A stretch of DNA of 52,270 nucleotides, from positions 1 to 52,270 of the forward strand of contig CALMMZ010000181.1 of NCBI GenBank assembly GCA_937868685.1, given 5' to 3'. The stretch is from an uncultured bacterium. GTDB taxonomy: Bacteria; Patescibacteriota; Minisyncoccia; Phycocordibacterales; UBA1006. The notes beneath the pieces are model-generated. The model saw only the letters and a program-made list of their open reading frames with translations, did not search any database and had not been told where the DNA came from. How positions within the stretch are numbered: position 1 is the first letter of the stretch; every line of letters begins with the position of its first letter. Below, one piece after another: positions 17,485 through 24,387 of this stretch. The position numbers and the translations under genes are program-made.

Positions 17485-18054
17485 TTCACTCTATCACCTT
17501 TTGAGGTGATAAGGTGAACCATTCTAAAGAATGGTAAAAGGGGAAATGTTAAACTACTCCGAAGAGTCTTTTAAAATTTCCCCAGTAAGGTGTTTTTTTC
17601 TTTTGTTAATTAGAGAGCAAAAACTTAATAATCTTTGTACAATGGTCAACATCATTTTTGGTAAGATAATCAAACGTACGCTGCAAATGATAGGGAAGGA
17701 GATCTCGAATCGAGAGAATCAAATAGACCACTCCCATACTGAAAAGCACATAGCCAATCAGACAAAGGTAAAATACAAAGAGGAGAAGGTAAAAAAGCCA
17801 GAAACAATGGCAAACGCCAATGCATACACAAGAACAACATCAATGAAAGTGGACATTGTTATTTGCAGATACAAAATTATCCAACGATTTTCAAAGAAAA
17901 ATTAATTTTCAGGTGTGAGCATATTTAACTTCTATTGGGGGTTACTCAGAAAAGATTGAATGATCTTCATTAATCATGTTTATCCCTGAAAATTTTTTCC
18001 ACAGAGAAAAATGATAAAATCAATTCATAACTTTTAAAAAGTTAAGCAAAGACA

Positions 18055-19482
18055 ATGTCAAAAACTCTTGAATGGTTATATTCACTTGAACCAAAAAGAC
18101 AAAAAAGACCTTCAACTCCAGAAAGAAAAATATTTTTATTGAAATATATTGCAACTACTGATCGTAATAATCTTTGTTCTTTCTTTCATGTGCTTGATGT
18201 CTTAGATATGTATGGTGTATGGAATCAGGAGAGCTTAAACATGGCACAATACCTTGTCGCTCAATACTATTTTATAGATAATGGTATGAAAGTTTCAGAA
18301 GAAAAGAGTGCTCACTTTTTTGTTAAATTAGCTTGTTCGTTGCACTTTCCTTCATTTTTTTACTATATTACCTTGCTGAGCAAGCAAAAAAAGTGTCATA
18401 AAGATGAAATTGATACATACTTTAATGTAGCACTATTGTTAATGTTATCAAATGATTATTACAAATATTCGAACTATCAGTTGATCCAAAGTGTTTTTCT
18501 TTTATTTGAAAAGAAAGAAGGGCCTGTATCATTAAAGAAGATTTTTTCAGATATTCTACTTCAGGCTGAAGGGCAGTTCCCAACTGAGATGTTAATTCTT
18601 TGTCGAAAAGTACAACAAAACTTTATGACATTGACTGAACAACCACTTGAAGAAGTTAAGTATATTGACTTAGTTTGTCCACAACGAATTTATTCTTTCG
18701 ATCAAAAAGATTTCCCTTTTTCACTCAACTCTTTACGACTTGGTGTTGGTGTATTAGGAACAGTTTATCAAGATAAAAACGGAAATGCTGTTAAGAGATG
18801 TAAATGGGAATACAAATCGGATGTTATGAGTGAAACATCGTTAGTTCGTTTTTTGGATCATCCCAATTTAATTCAACATTATTGTGTTTCTGTTCACAAC
18901 ATGGTACATCTTCGCTTTCATATTGAAATGCCCCGTTTTCCATTTAATTTAAATGATAAGTTTAATGAGATACGTGGTAATTCAAAAATTATTAAACCTA
19001 TTATTGCACAGGTACTAAAAGCTTTATTGTATCTTCACGAGCGCTCGATCCTCCACCGAGATGTTAAATTATCAAATATATTGTTTGATGAAAAATATCA
19101 CGCCGTTTTGTGTGATTTCTCTTTGGCTAAATTTTCTCCAATTCAAGAGAAGGCCGAAAGACTTGTACAAACTTATGAGTATCGAGCTCCTGAAGTATAC
19201 ACCAATAAAATCTCCACCGACAAGATGGATATTTGGTCGGTGGGAAGTGTATTAATTCATCTTTATTCGTCAGCCCGGTTTATACAACATTTAAAAGGAA
19301 TCAATTCAATTGGTGAAAGAGAATGGGGCATCATGATTCGAAAAGAAGATTGGTGGGAACCATTGGTTGAAATCCAAGATCTCTTGTTGAAAGATTTAAT
19401 TCGACAGATGGTCAAACAAGATCCCTCCCAACGTTATTCAGCACATGAGTGTTTACAACATGAATACTTTTACAAGAAATAA
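18055..19482 (+). CDS. Ser/Thr protein kinase with a ~220-aa N-terminal helical (cyclin-like?) domain
   Basis: 475 aa. GVGVLGTVY (G-loop), AVKRCK, LHERSILHRDVKLSNILF (HRD...N), LCDFSLAK, TYEYRAPEV, DIWSVGSVL. The N-terminal TPERKIFLLKYI motif is shared with ORFs 28919 and 30877. Confidence 0.8.
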   Translation: MSKTLEWLYSLEPKRQKRPSTPERKIFLLKYIATTDRNNLCSFFHVLDVLDMYGVWNQESLNMAQYLVAQYYFIDNGMKVSEEKSAHFFVKLACSLHFPSFFYYITLLSKQKKCHKDEIDTYFNVALLLMLSNDYYKYSNYQLIQSVFLLFEKKEGPVSLKKIFSDILLQAEGQFPTEMLILCRKVQQNFMTLTEQPLEEVKYIDLVCPQRIYSFDQKDFPFSLNSLRLGVGVLGTVYQDKNGNAVKRCKWEYKSDVMSETSLVRFLDHPNLIQHYCVSVHNMVHLRFHIEMPRFPFNLNDKFNEIRGNSKIIKPIIAQVLKALLYLHERSILHRDVKLSNILFDEKYHAVLCDFSLAKFSPIQEKAERLVQTYEYRAPEVYTNKISTDKMDIWSVGSVLIHLYSSARFIQHLKGINSIGEREWGIMIRKEDWWEPLVEIQDLLLKDLIRQMVKQDPSQRYSAHECLQHEYFYKK

Positions 19483-19483
19483 C

Positions 19484-19501
19484 TTTTCTCTGCGGAGAAA
19501 A
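19484..19501. terminator. intergenic palindromic hairpin
   Basis: Arm ttttctc, loop tgcg, arm gagaaaa, after the kinase stop at 19482. Confidence 0.5.
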
Positions 19502-19505
19502 TTGA
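19498..19505 (+). promoter_or_regulatory. AAAATTGA early-promoter-like motif
   Basis: Exact motif fused to the right arm of the hairpin at 19484..19501. Lies upstream of ATG 19547. Confidence 0.55.
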
Positions 19506-19546
19506 CTTTTTCTTTTGAGACATTTGAATAAAAATGTCCTTCGAAA

Positions 19547-19972
19547 ATGCAACGTAATATCGAGATTCTTCACCAACAGCCAAAGTCGGCTGGAGTGATG
19601 TTGATTGCTTACGATCATGTATTATTCGTGAAAGAAAAATCCTCTGGAAAGTGGGGTTTTCCCAAGGGTTCGATCGAAAAAGGTGAAACGCCTGAAGCTT
19701 GTTGGCAACGAGAATTGTTGGAAGAAACTACTTTAGATATTAAGAAATATCAATACAGAACTACATATCGGAAAGTCCGTTCGCGATATCTTGTCCACAC
19801 TGTTCGAATGTATCTTCCACGAGACGCCTTTCAAACTATGAAAGAAGAGATGGATCAAAAGAGTACCACTGAAATCAAAACAATGAAATGGTTCCCTCTT
19901 GAAGAGGCGAGCAAAATGATGGATCGAGTGAATGATGTCACCCGCAATACAATGACGTTGAAGACCCATTAA
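19547..19972 (+). CDS. Nudix hydrolase
   Basis: 141 aa. Nudix box GFPKGSIEKGETPEACWQRELLEETTL (G-x5-E-x7-R-E-x2-E-E-x-G/T). Confidence 0.8.
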   Translation: MQRNIEILHQQPKSAGVMLIAYDHVLFVKEKSSGKWGFPKGSIEKGETPEACWQRELLEETTLDIKKYQYRTTYRKVRSRYLVHTVRMYLPRDAFQTMKEEMDQKSTTEIKTMKWFPLEEASKMMDRVNDVTRNTMTLKTH

Positions 19973-19975
19973 AAT

Positions 19976-20001
19976 TTTTATCTTTCTTCGGAAAGATAAA
20001 A
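19976..20001. terminator. intergenic palindromic hairpin
   Basis: Arm ttttatctttc, loop ttcg, arm gaaagataaaa, after the Nudix stop at 19972. Confidence 0.55.
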
Positions 20002-20040
20002 TGATTTTCCTTCTTGGATTGAAGAGGAGAAAACTCCAAG

Positions 20041-20048
20041 AAAATTGA
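20041..20048 (+). promoter_or_regulatory. AAAATTGA early-promoter-like motif
   Basis: Exact motif upstream of ATG 20086. Confidence 0.55.
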
Positions 20049-20085
20049 CTTAAAGAATTTTTTCTCTTTTTTACAGAGTTAAAGG

Positions 20086-20988
20086 ATGGTCCTTCCGCCG
20101 TTAAAGCGTTATACCATTACTTTTACTGTGGCAACCAATTGGAGTATCAATCATATTCTTTTCTTCCAAGAACATCAATTTGCTCAATGTTCCAAAGATC
20201 CTCTCTTAGATTTGAAAAAGAATCAACACTCTCTGCCCCACGTTCCAATTGGTACCATTTTGTCCCTGAAATACAAAGATGAAAATGGAAAGGTTCACTT
20301 CCGCGGCTATGGAAATGCGTCTACATCTTGTTTTTCCAATGTTACATCGGCCAAAATTTATGTTGGTAAAATTGTTGATGTAAAGATACCTTCTTTTGGG
20401 AAGATTCAAATTACTGGTTGTCTTGATGATTCACAAGCATACAAAACCATTCAAACAATTTGGAAGTCAATTCAAGAAATTGAGAAGAGAAAACCCGAAT
20501 TTGTTACACTTCCTCCACAAGAGCCTCCGAAAGCAATTTACAATCCCGTAATGAACAATGTGAGTATTCATATTAATTTTGAAATTAATCGTAAGAAATT
20601 ACAAACTTTTCTATATCGTTACCAAGGAGATAATTTTCTTCTTCCCGTTAAAGATGAAAGATATGCTGGAATTAAAATTGAAGCCAAAATAAATAGTATT
20701 TCTGAGATTCCGATTGTCCAACATCGATTTTTAAATGGAAAATGGTACAGTTCACAAGTAACAATGAATGACTTCTTGGCATTGCTGACAGGTAAAAGTC
20801 GAAAAGAAGAATTGATGAAGAAGTATCAACATGTAATTTTAATGTTTCACTCAGGTAAATTAATTTACATTGCTCCCCGCTTTGAATTAATGCCTGAATT
20901 CTATCGCTATTTTCTTAATATTCTCCAAGAGAATCGCGACAAAATTGAGGAAACTTGTCAACATGAGACTTCAAAAATAACCACATAA
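20086..20988 (+). CDS. possible TATA-box-binding-protein-like protein
   Basis: 300 aa with two pseudo-repeats, each ending in a TBP-like F-x-(S/F)-GK-(I/L)-x-(I/Y)-(T/I)-(G/A) strand: PSFGKIQITGCLDDSQAYK and MFHSGKLIYIAPRFE. VMNNVSIHINFEINRKKL is like TBP IQNxVxSxDvxfxI. Weak, by-eye call only. Confidence 0.4.
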   Translation: MVLPPLKRYTITFTVATNWSINHILFFQEHQFAQCSKDPLLDLKKNQHSLPHVPIGTILSLKYKDENGKVHFRGYGNASTSCFSNVTSAKIYVGKIVDVKIPSFGKIQITGCLDDSQAYKTIQTIWKSIQEIEKRKPEFVTLPPQEPPKAIYNPVMNNVSIHINFEINRKKLQTFLYRYQGDNFLLPVKDERYAGIKIEAKINSISEIPIVQHRFLNGKWYSSQVTMNDFLALLTGKSRKEELMKKYQHVILMFHSGKLIYIAPRFELMPEFYRYFLNILQENRDKIEETCQHETSKITT

Positions 20989-20999
20989 AAAGTGGACAA

Positions 21000-21023
21000 T
21001 TTCTTTCCTCGCAAGGAAAGAAA
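21000..21023. terminator. intergenic palindromic hairpin shared by convergent genes
   Basis: Arm tttctttcct, loop cgca, arm aggaaagaaa, between 20988(+) and 21029(-). Confidence 0.55.
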
Positions 21024-21028
21024 ACTTT

Positions 21029-21619
21029 TTAAAACTCGAGATCGGGAGATGTAAAGGAAAATTCACTGTCCATATCTTCAAAAATCCATCCATTTTTAGT
21101 TTGTTGTAACACAGGGAAGTGGAAGGGATCTCCTGCTATGTCATATTGACTCACCAAGCGATAATTGGTGTTGTCCAATTTACATGTATTCATTCGGACG
21201 TAGACTTGGTCATTAACGAGTAAAATGACTTCATCTTTACACTGTCGTAAGGAAAGAGTAATTGGATCTTTGCAATCTCCTTGAATTTCATTCGCATTGC
21301 GAATATTTGTAATAGTTCGTTCAATTTCATTGGGAGAGAGTAAAACCAATTTCTTCCGAAAAGAAGGGTGCAACACAACCGAGACCCATTGCTCTCCTCG
21401 CAAAAAAGATAATTCAGATTTGTCATTGTAGAGTCTCAGATAAGCATGTTTGACATCCTCTTGATCTACAGTAGCAAAATAAAGATCTTCCTTGTTAGTT
21501 GGAGTAAAAATGAAAACAAGTTCAATTGCACTCTTGTCAACTAGTGACAAGGTTTGAACACTAGTATTCCAATAGGGAGTATAGTCGCTTTTTTCGAGAA
21601 GAGGAAGTTCTTCAGCCAT
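21029..21619 (-). CDS. hypothetical protein
   Basis: 196-aa ORF. TCAATTTT lies at 21661..21668 upstream, with a shared hairpin at its 3' end. Confidence 0.5.
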   Translation of the reverse strand: MAEELPLLEKSDYTPYWNTSVQTLSLVDKSAIELVFIFTPTNKEDLYFATVDQEDVKHAYLRLYNDKSELSFLRGEQWVSVVLHPSFRKKLVLLSPNEIERTITNIRNANEIQGDCKDPITLSLRQCKDEVILLVNDQVYVRMNTCKLDNTNYRLVSQYDIAGDPFHFPVLQQTKNGWIFEDMDSEFSFTSPDLEF

Positions 21620-21637
21620 TTAAATCTTTGTCATATT

Positions 21638-21754
21638 TCATCTTTTACAAAAGATAAAAATCAATTTTTTAGAAAGTCTTTGAACTATTTCATACAAAAC
21701 TATACCATAGGCTATAACACAACTACCAATTATAACACATCCAATAAATTCCAT
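21638..21754 (-). CDS. possible 38-aa hydrophobic mini-protein
   Basis: Own translation: MEFIGCVIIGSCVIAYGIVLYEIVQRLSKKLIFIFCKR. The N-terminus parallels MEVFGCIMIGLYGMACCLL of ORF 22396..22665. Below the ORF-track size cutoff. Confidence 0.3.
   Translation of the reverse strand: MEFIGCVIIGSCVIAYGIVLYEIVQRLSKKLIFIFCKR
21661..21668 (-). promoter_or_regulatory. AAAATTGA early-promoter-like motif
   Basis: TCAATTTT on the plus strand. Lies upstream of minus-strand ATG 21619. Confidence 0.55.
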
Positions 21755-21770
21755 TTATTTTAAAGGAATT

Positions 21771-21800
21771 ACGTTTAAACCAGTGCTTTCACACGTTAAG
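21771..21800. repeat. GTTTAAC-family-like copy
   Basis: acgtttaaaccagtgctttcacacgttaag. Intergenic, overlapping stop 21796. Confidence 0.4.
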
Positions 21801-22305
21801 CCAATTGATATCTCTCATATCGGTAACACATATTTCCGATGAGTGGAAGATGAAAGAAAGCCACCCAACCTAAAATATAAAAAGCCCTTACTGCCGAAAG
21901 ATATGAACGATGATTTTGTTTCCACCATTTTTCGTCTTCAGAAGATATAAATTGACTCTGATATGCTAAAAATAAACAATAAATACTTCCAAGTATCTGA
22001 AAAATTGCTAAAATAACTAACAAATAAAAATCATATTGAAAAGAACCATTGTAATATTTTTTCCTACATAAAAGTCCTATCAAAGTAAACAAAATTACAA
22101 ACATTGCAATCAAACAAAAGGTTAAAATTGATTGCAAGGAAAAAACAATATTCCCTGGATCTTCTGGAAAAGAAAGAAATATAATTTCACCATTAAAGAG
22201 AAGAAATAAACTATAAATAATTGTACTTAAACTAAAAATAGCAATTGAAATTGCTAGAGAGAGTTGAAAACATAAAGTTTTGTTGTCACTGGGACATTGT
22301 AACAT
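21796..22305 (-). CDS. multi-pass membrane protein
   Basis: ATG at 22305 (MLQCPSDNKT...); the listed start is a TTG. At least four hydrophobic helices. Confidence 0.5.
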   Translation of the reverse strand: MLQCPSDNKTLCFQLSLAISIAIFSLSTIIYSLFLLFNGEIIFLSFPEDPGNIVFSLQSILTFCLIAMFVILFTLIGLLCRKKYYNGSFQYDFYLLVILAIFQILGSIYCLFLAYQSQFISSEDEKWWKQNHRSYLSAVRAFYILGWVAFFHLPLIGNMCYRYERYQLA

Positions 22306-22353
22306 TTTTTTTTGTAGAAAGATACCATCACTCAATTTATTTTTACATAGTAA

Positions 22354-22377
22354 TTAAACGCTTTGCTGGTTAAACGC
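22354..22377. repeat. GTTTAAC-family copy, reverse orientation
   Basis: ttaaacgctttgctggttaaacgc in the divergent spacer 22306..22395. Confidence 0.55.
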
Positions 22378-22395
22378 TTACGGATTATTTCAAAG

Positions 22396-22665
22396 ATGGA
22401 AGTCTTCGGTTGTATTATGATTGGATTATATGGTATGGCTTGTTGTCTTCTTTCAAATGATCAACAAACATCCAATGAAATAAAACAAAAAGATGATGAA
22501 CTTCTCTTTGTGAGCATTGTACCTCAAACTTTTGAAGAAAGAAGTATTTCTCCTTCCCAAGAAAGCGAATCATCCATTGAAAAAGATGAAGAGAATACCT
22601 TAAAACAGAGATATTCTTCTCCGATAGAGGATATGGAGATTGATGATTGGGAAAGTCTAGTTTAA
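22396..22665 (+). CDS. small N-terminally anchored acidic protein ending in an LIR-like W-x-x-L motif
   Basis: ATG 22396: MEVFGCIMIGLYGMACCLLS (hydrophobic), then a Ser/Glu-rich region. C-terminus: SPIEDMEIDDWESLV-stop. Confidence 0.45.
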   Translation: MEVFGCIMIGLYGMACCLLSNDQQTSNEIKQKDDELLFVSIVPQTFEERSISPSQESESSIEKDEENTLKQRYSSPIEDMEIDDWESLV

Positions 22666-22680
22666 CTCCGGAGGTGTTTA
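22660..22680. repeat. GTTTAAC-family copy
   Basis: gtttaactccggaggtgttta spanning the 12-bp gap between convergent stops 22665 and 22678. Confidence 0.55.
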
Positions 22681-23142
22681 TTTCTTCCAATCATTAATAT
22701 GTTTATTACAATATCTTTCTGGAAATGGTAAAGCTGGATTATATAATCGAAGTTGTTCAGCCCTCTTTAAAAGTGTATTATAAATTTGTCCAAATTCAGC
22801 AGGATGATCTTCATCATCTGGTGGCCCTTTAATATGGCCTGGTGTTAAAACATGTGCAATTTCATGTAAATAAACATACACAAGGAAGTTTTCAAAATAC
22901 GGAGATTGACTATCATCATGAACACAAAGATAAACTTCTGTTTTTTCTAAAGCATATGTATTGGAGGAATGGGGATAAACATTTACCTGGGCAATAATTG
23001 GATGTACTGGTATTAATTTTTGCTTTAATTCTTGCAAACGTTGATAATCATTAGCATTTTTCTTGTGTACCACTGGATGATAACGATTTCGCCAAATCAA
23101 CCAGACAAGCAAAAATAAACCAAAGAAAAGGATTTCTTTCAT
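22678..23142 (-). CDS. putative zinc metallopeptidase (HExxH) with an N-terminal membrane anchor
   Basis: ATG 23142 (MKEILFFGLFLLVWLIW). The longer ORF start would contain the palindrome at 23163..23178. VYLHEIAHVLTPGH contains H-E-x-x-H. Confidence 0.55.
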   Translation of the reverse strand: MKEILFFGLFLLVWLIWRNRYHPVVHKKNANDYQRLQELKQKLIPVHPIIAQVNVYPHSSNTYALEKTEVYLCVHDDSQSPYFENFLVYVYLHEIAHVLTPGHIKGPPDDEDHPAEFGQIYNTLLKRAEQLRLYNPALPFPERYCNKHINDWKK

Positions 23143-23162
23143 TTTAGAAAGGGGAAAAATTT

Positions 23163-23178
23163 TTATCCCGCGGGATAA
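23163..23178. terminator. intergenic palindromic hairpin
   Basis: Perfect palindrome ttatcccgcgggataa after the stop of 23187..23570(-). Confidence 0.5.
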
Positions 23179-23186
23179 GAATTTCA

Positions 23187-23570
23187 TTACTTCTGGTTAT
23201 TTTGGTGAGATATTTCTACTCCACCTGATTTTACAGAAGGTTTTATTGGAATCTCAGATTCTTCATTCATGGCAACATCTTCCGTGATATGTGACGATTC
23301 ATCTTCATCTTCATGTGAGGTGTCATCATCTGCGTATGAAATGTCTCCATTGTCTTTAATTTCATAATATTCCAACCTTCTTTTTTCCGGAGCTTTCCTC
23401 GGTGGCAGTTTTTCTTCATTGTTTGTTTCTCGACAAGAACAATGCCAGACCGGACGTTGACATGAAATACAATAAAAATTAACAGGCAACATACTTCCAA
23501 CTCGGGCACAACTGCCGCATAACTGGGAAAAGCTGTCAATTTCCGTCTGACAGCTTGAACAAGTATTCAT
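23187..23570 (-). CDS. zinc-ribbon protein with an acidic C-terminal tail
   Basis: 127 aa. CSSCQTEIDSFSQLCGSC and CISCQRPVWHCSC, then DDDTSHEDEDESSH. Confidence 0.5.
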   Translation of the reverse strand: MNTCSSCQTEIDSFSQLCGSCARVGSMLPVNFYCISCQRPVWHCSCRETNNEEKLPPRKAPEKRRLEYYEIKDNGDISYADDDTSHEDEDESSHITEDVAMNEESEIPIKPSVKSGGVEISHQNNQK

Positions 23571-23609
23571 CTTTTCTTTATTTTTTTAGAATAAGGAAGA
23601 AAAAATCAT

Positions 23610-23633
23610 TTTTCCTCTTCGCAAAGAGGAAAA
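23610..23633. terminator. intergenic palindromic hairpin
   Basis: Arm ttttcctctt, loop cgca, arm aagaggaaaa, after the stop of 23636..24337(-). Confidence 0.55.
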
Positions 23634-23635
23634 TA

Positions 23636-24337
23636 TTAATTTTCATCAGAAGGTATAATCATCCATTTACCTTCTTTTGCTAAAAAGGGCAATGAAGTCA
23701 AACCGTTGTAATCATCTACTATCAAATTAGAATTCATACAATGTAACCTTCCTTTATATCCACCCGAATTTTCAATAATATCATTCTCCAAAGATTTCTC
23801 TTCGACGTGGGTAGTAAAATCATCATAAAAACTAAAGATTCCAAGGTAGTAAATGTCTTCATCTTTTTGAAATCTTTTCGGGTACCACTTTCGCATTTGT
23901 TCAGCCAGAGAAGTTGGCATCAACGTCACAGACAAATGGTTCTTAATTTCATTAAAGAGATGTCCATATTGTTCGAGATAAATTTTAATTATCTCCCGTT
24001 CAAAAGAAAGGTCAGGCTGTTGCTTTGATAATACACTAAAAGGTAAACCTTCACTTTCATATTCTGAAATTGAGTCTTTTTTCTCTTGATACTTTTTCAT
24101 TCCCTCTCCTTCTCGAATAAAAGAAAGAAGTTGTGGACACAATTTTAAGAAATCCGAATCACATTGAACTCCATACATCCAATTTAACATAGTGCTATCA
24201 CCTTCCAAAATACCAATCAAATAATCAGAAGGAATTTGCAATTCTTTTTGAAACTTTGCAGAGAGAAAAGGACGAAAGGTATCTAAAATCTCTGAGGCTG
24301 AACGAACACAGCCATAAAACAGAATTGCACTTAACAT
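23636..24337 (-). CDS. hypothetical protein
   Basis: 233-aa ORF from ATG 24337. TCAATTTT lies at 24380..24387 upstream and a hairpin at 23610..23633 downstream. Confidence 0.5.
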   Translation of the reverse strand: MLSAILFYGCVRSASEILDTFRPFLSAKFQKELQIPSDYLIGILEGDSTMLNWMYGVQCDSDFLKLCPQLLSFIREGEGMKKYQEKKDSISEYESEGLPFSVLSKQQPDLSFEREIIKIYLEQYGHLFNEIKNHLSVTLMPTSLAEQMRKWYPKRFQKDEDIYYLGIFSFYDDFTTHVEEKSLENDIIENSGGYKGRLHCMNSNLIVDDYNGLTSLPFLAKEGKWMIIPSDEN

Positions 24338-24379
24338 CAAAGAATTTTAATTGTCTTGAATTATATTGAGAAAATAAAT

Positions 24380-24387
24380 TCAATTTT
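24380..24387 (-). promoter_or_regulatory. AAAATTGA early-promoter-like motif
   Basis: TCAATTTT overlaps the kinesin stop codon. Lies upstream of minus-strand ATG 24337. Confidence 0.5.

Noticed and set aside
17531-17905. 124-aa plus-strand ORF
   Set aside because: It has an atypical Lys/Asn/Ile-rich composition and lacks the usual upstream motif and downstream hairpin. The opposite strand encodes plausible hydrophobic peptides. It is kept only as part of a finding.
23187-23570. LIR-like Y-Y-E-I in the acidic tail of the zinc-ribbon protein, and Y-E-E-V in the ZZ protein (41030..41458)
   Set aside because: These are internal Y-x-x-(I/V) matches without the acidic-W context. Such matches are expected by chance. 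Only the C-terminal DDWESLV of ORF 22396 seemed specific enough to report.
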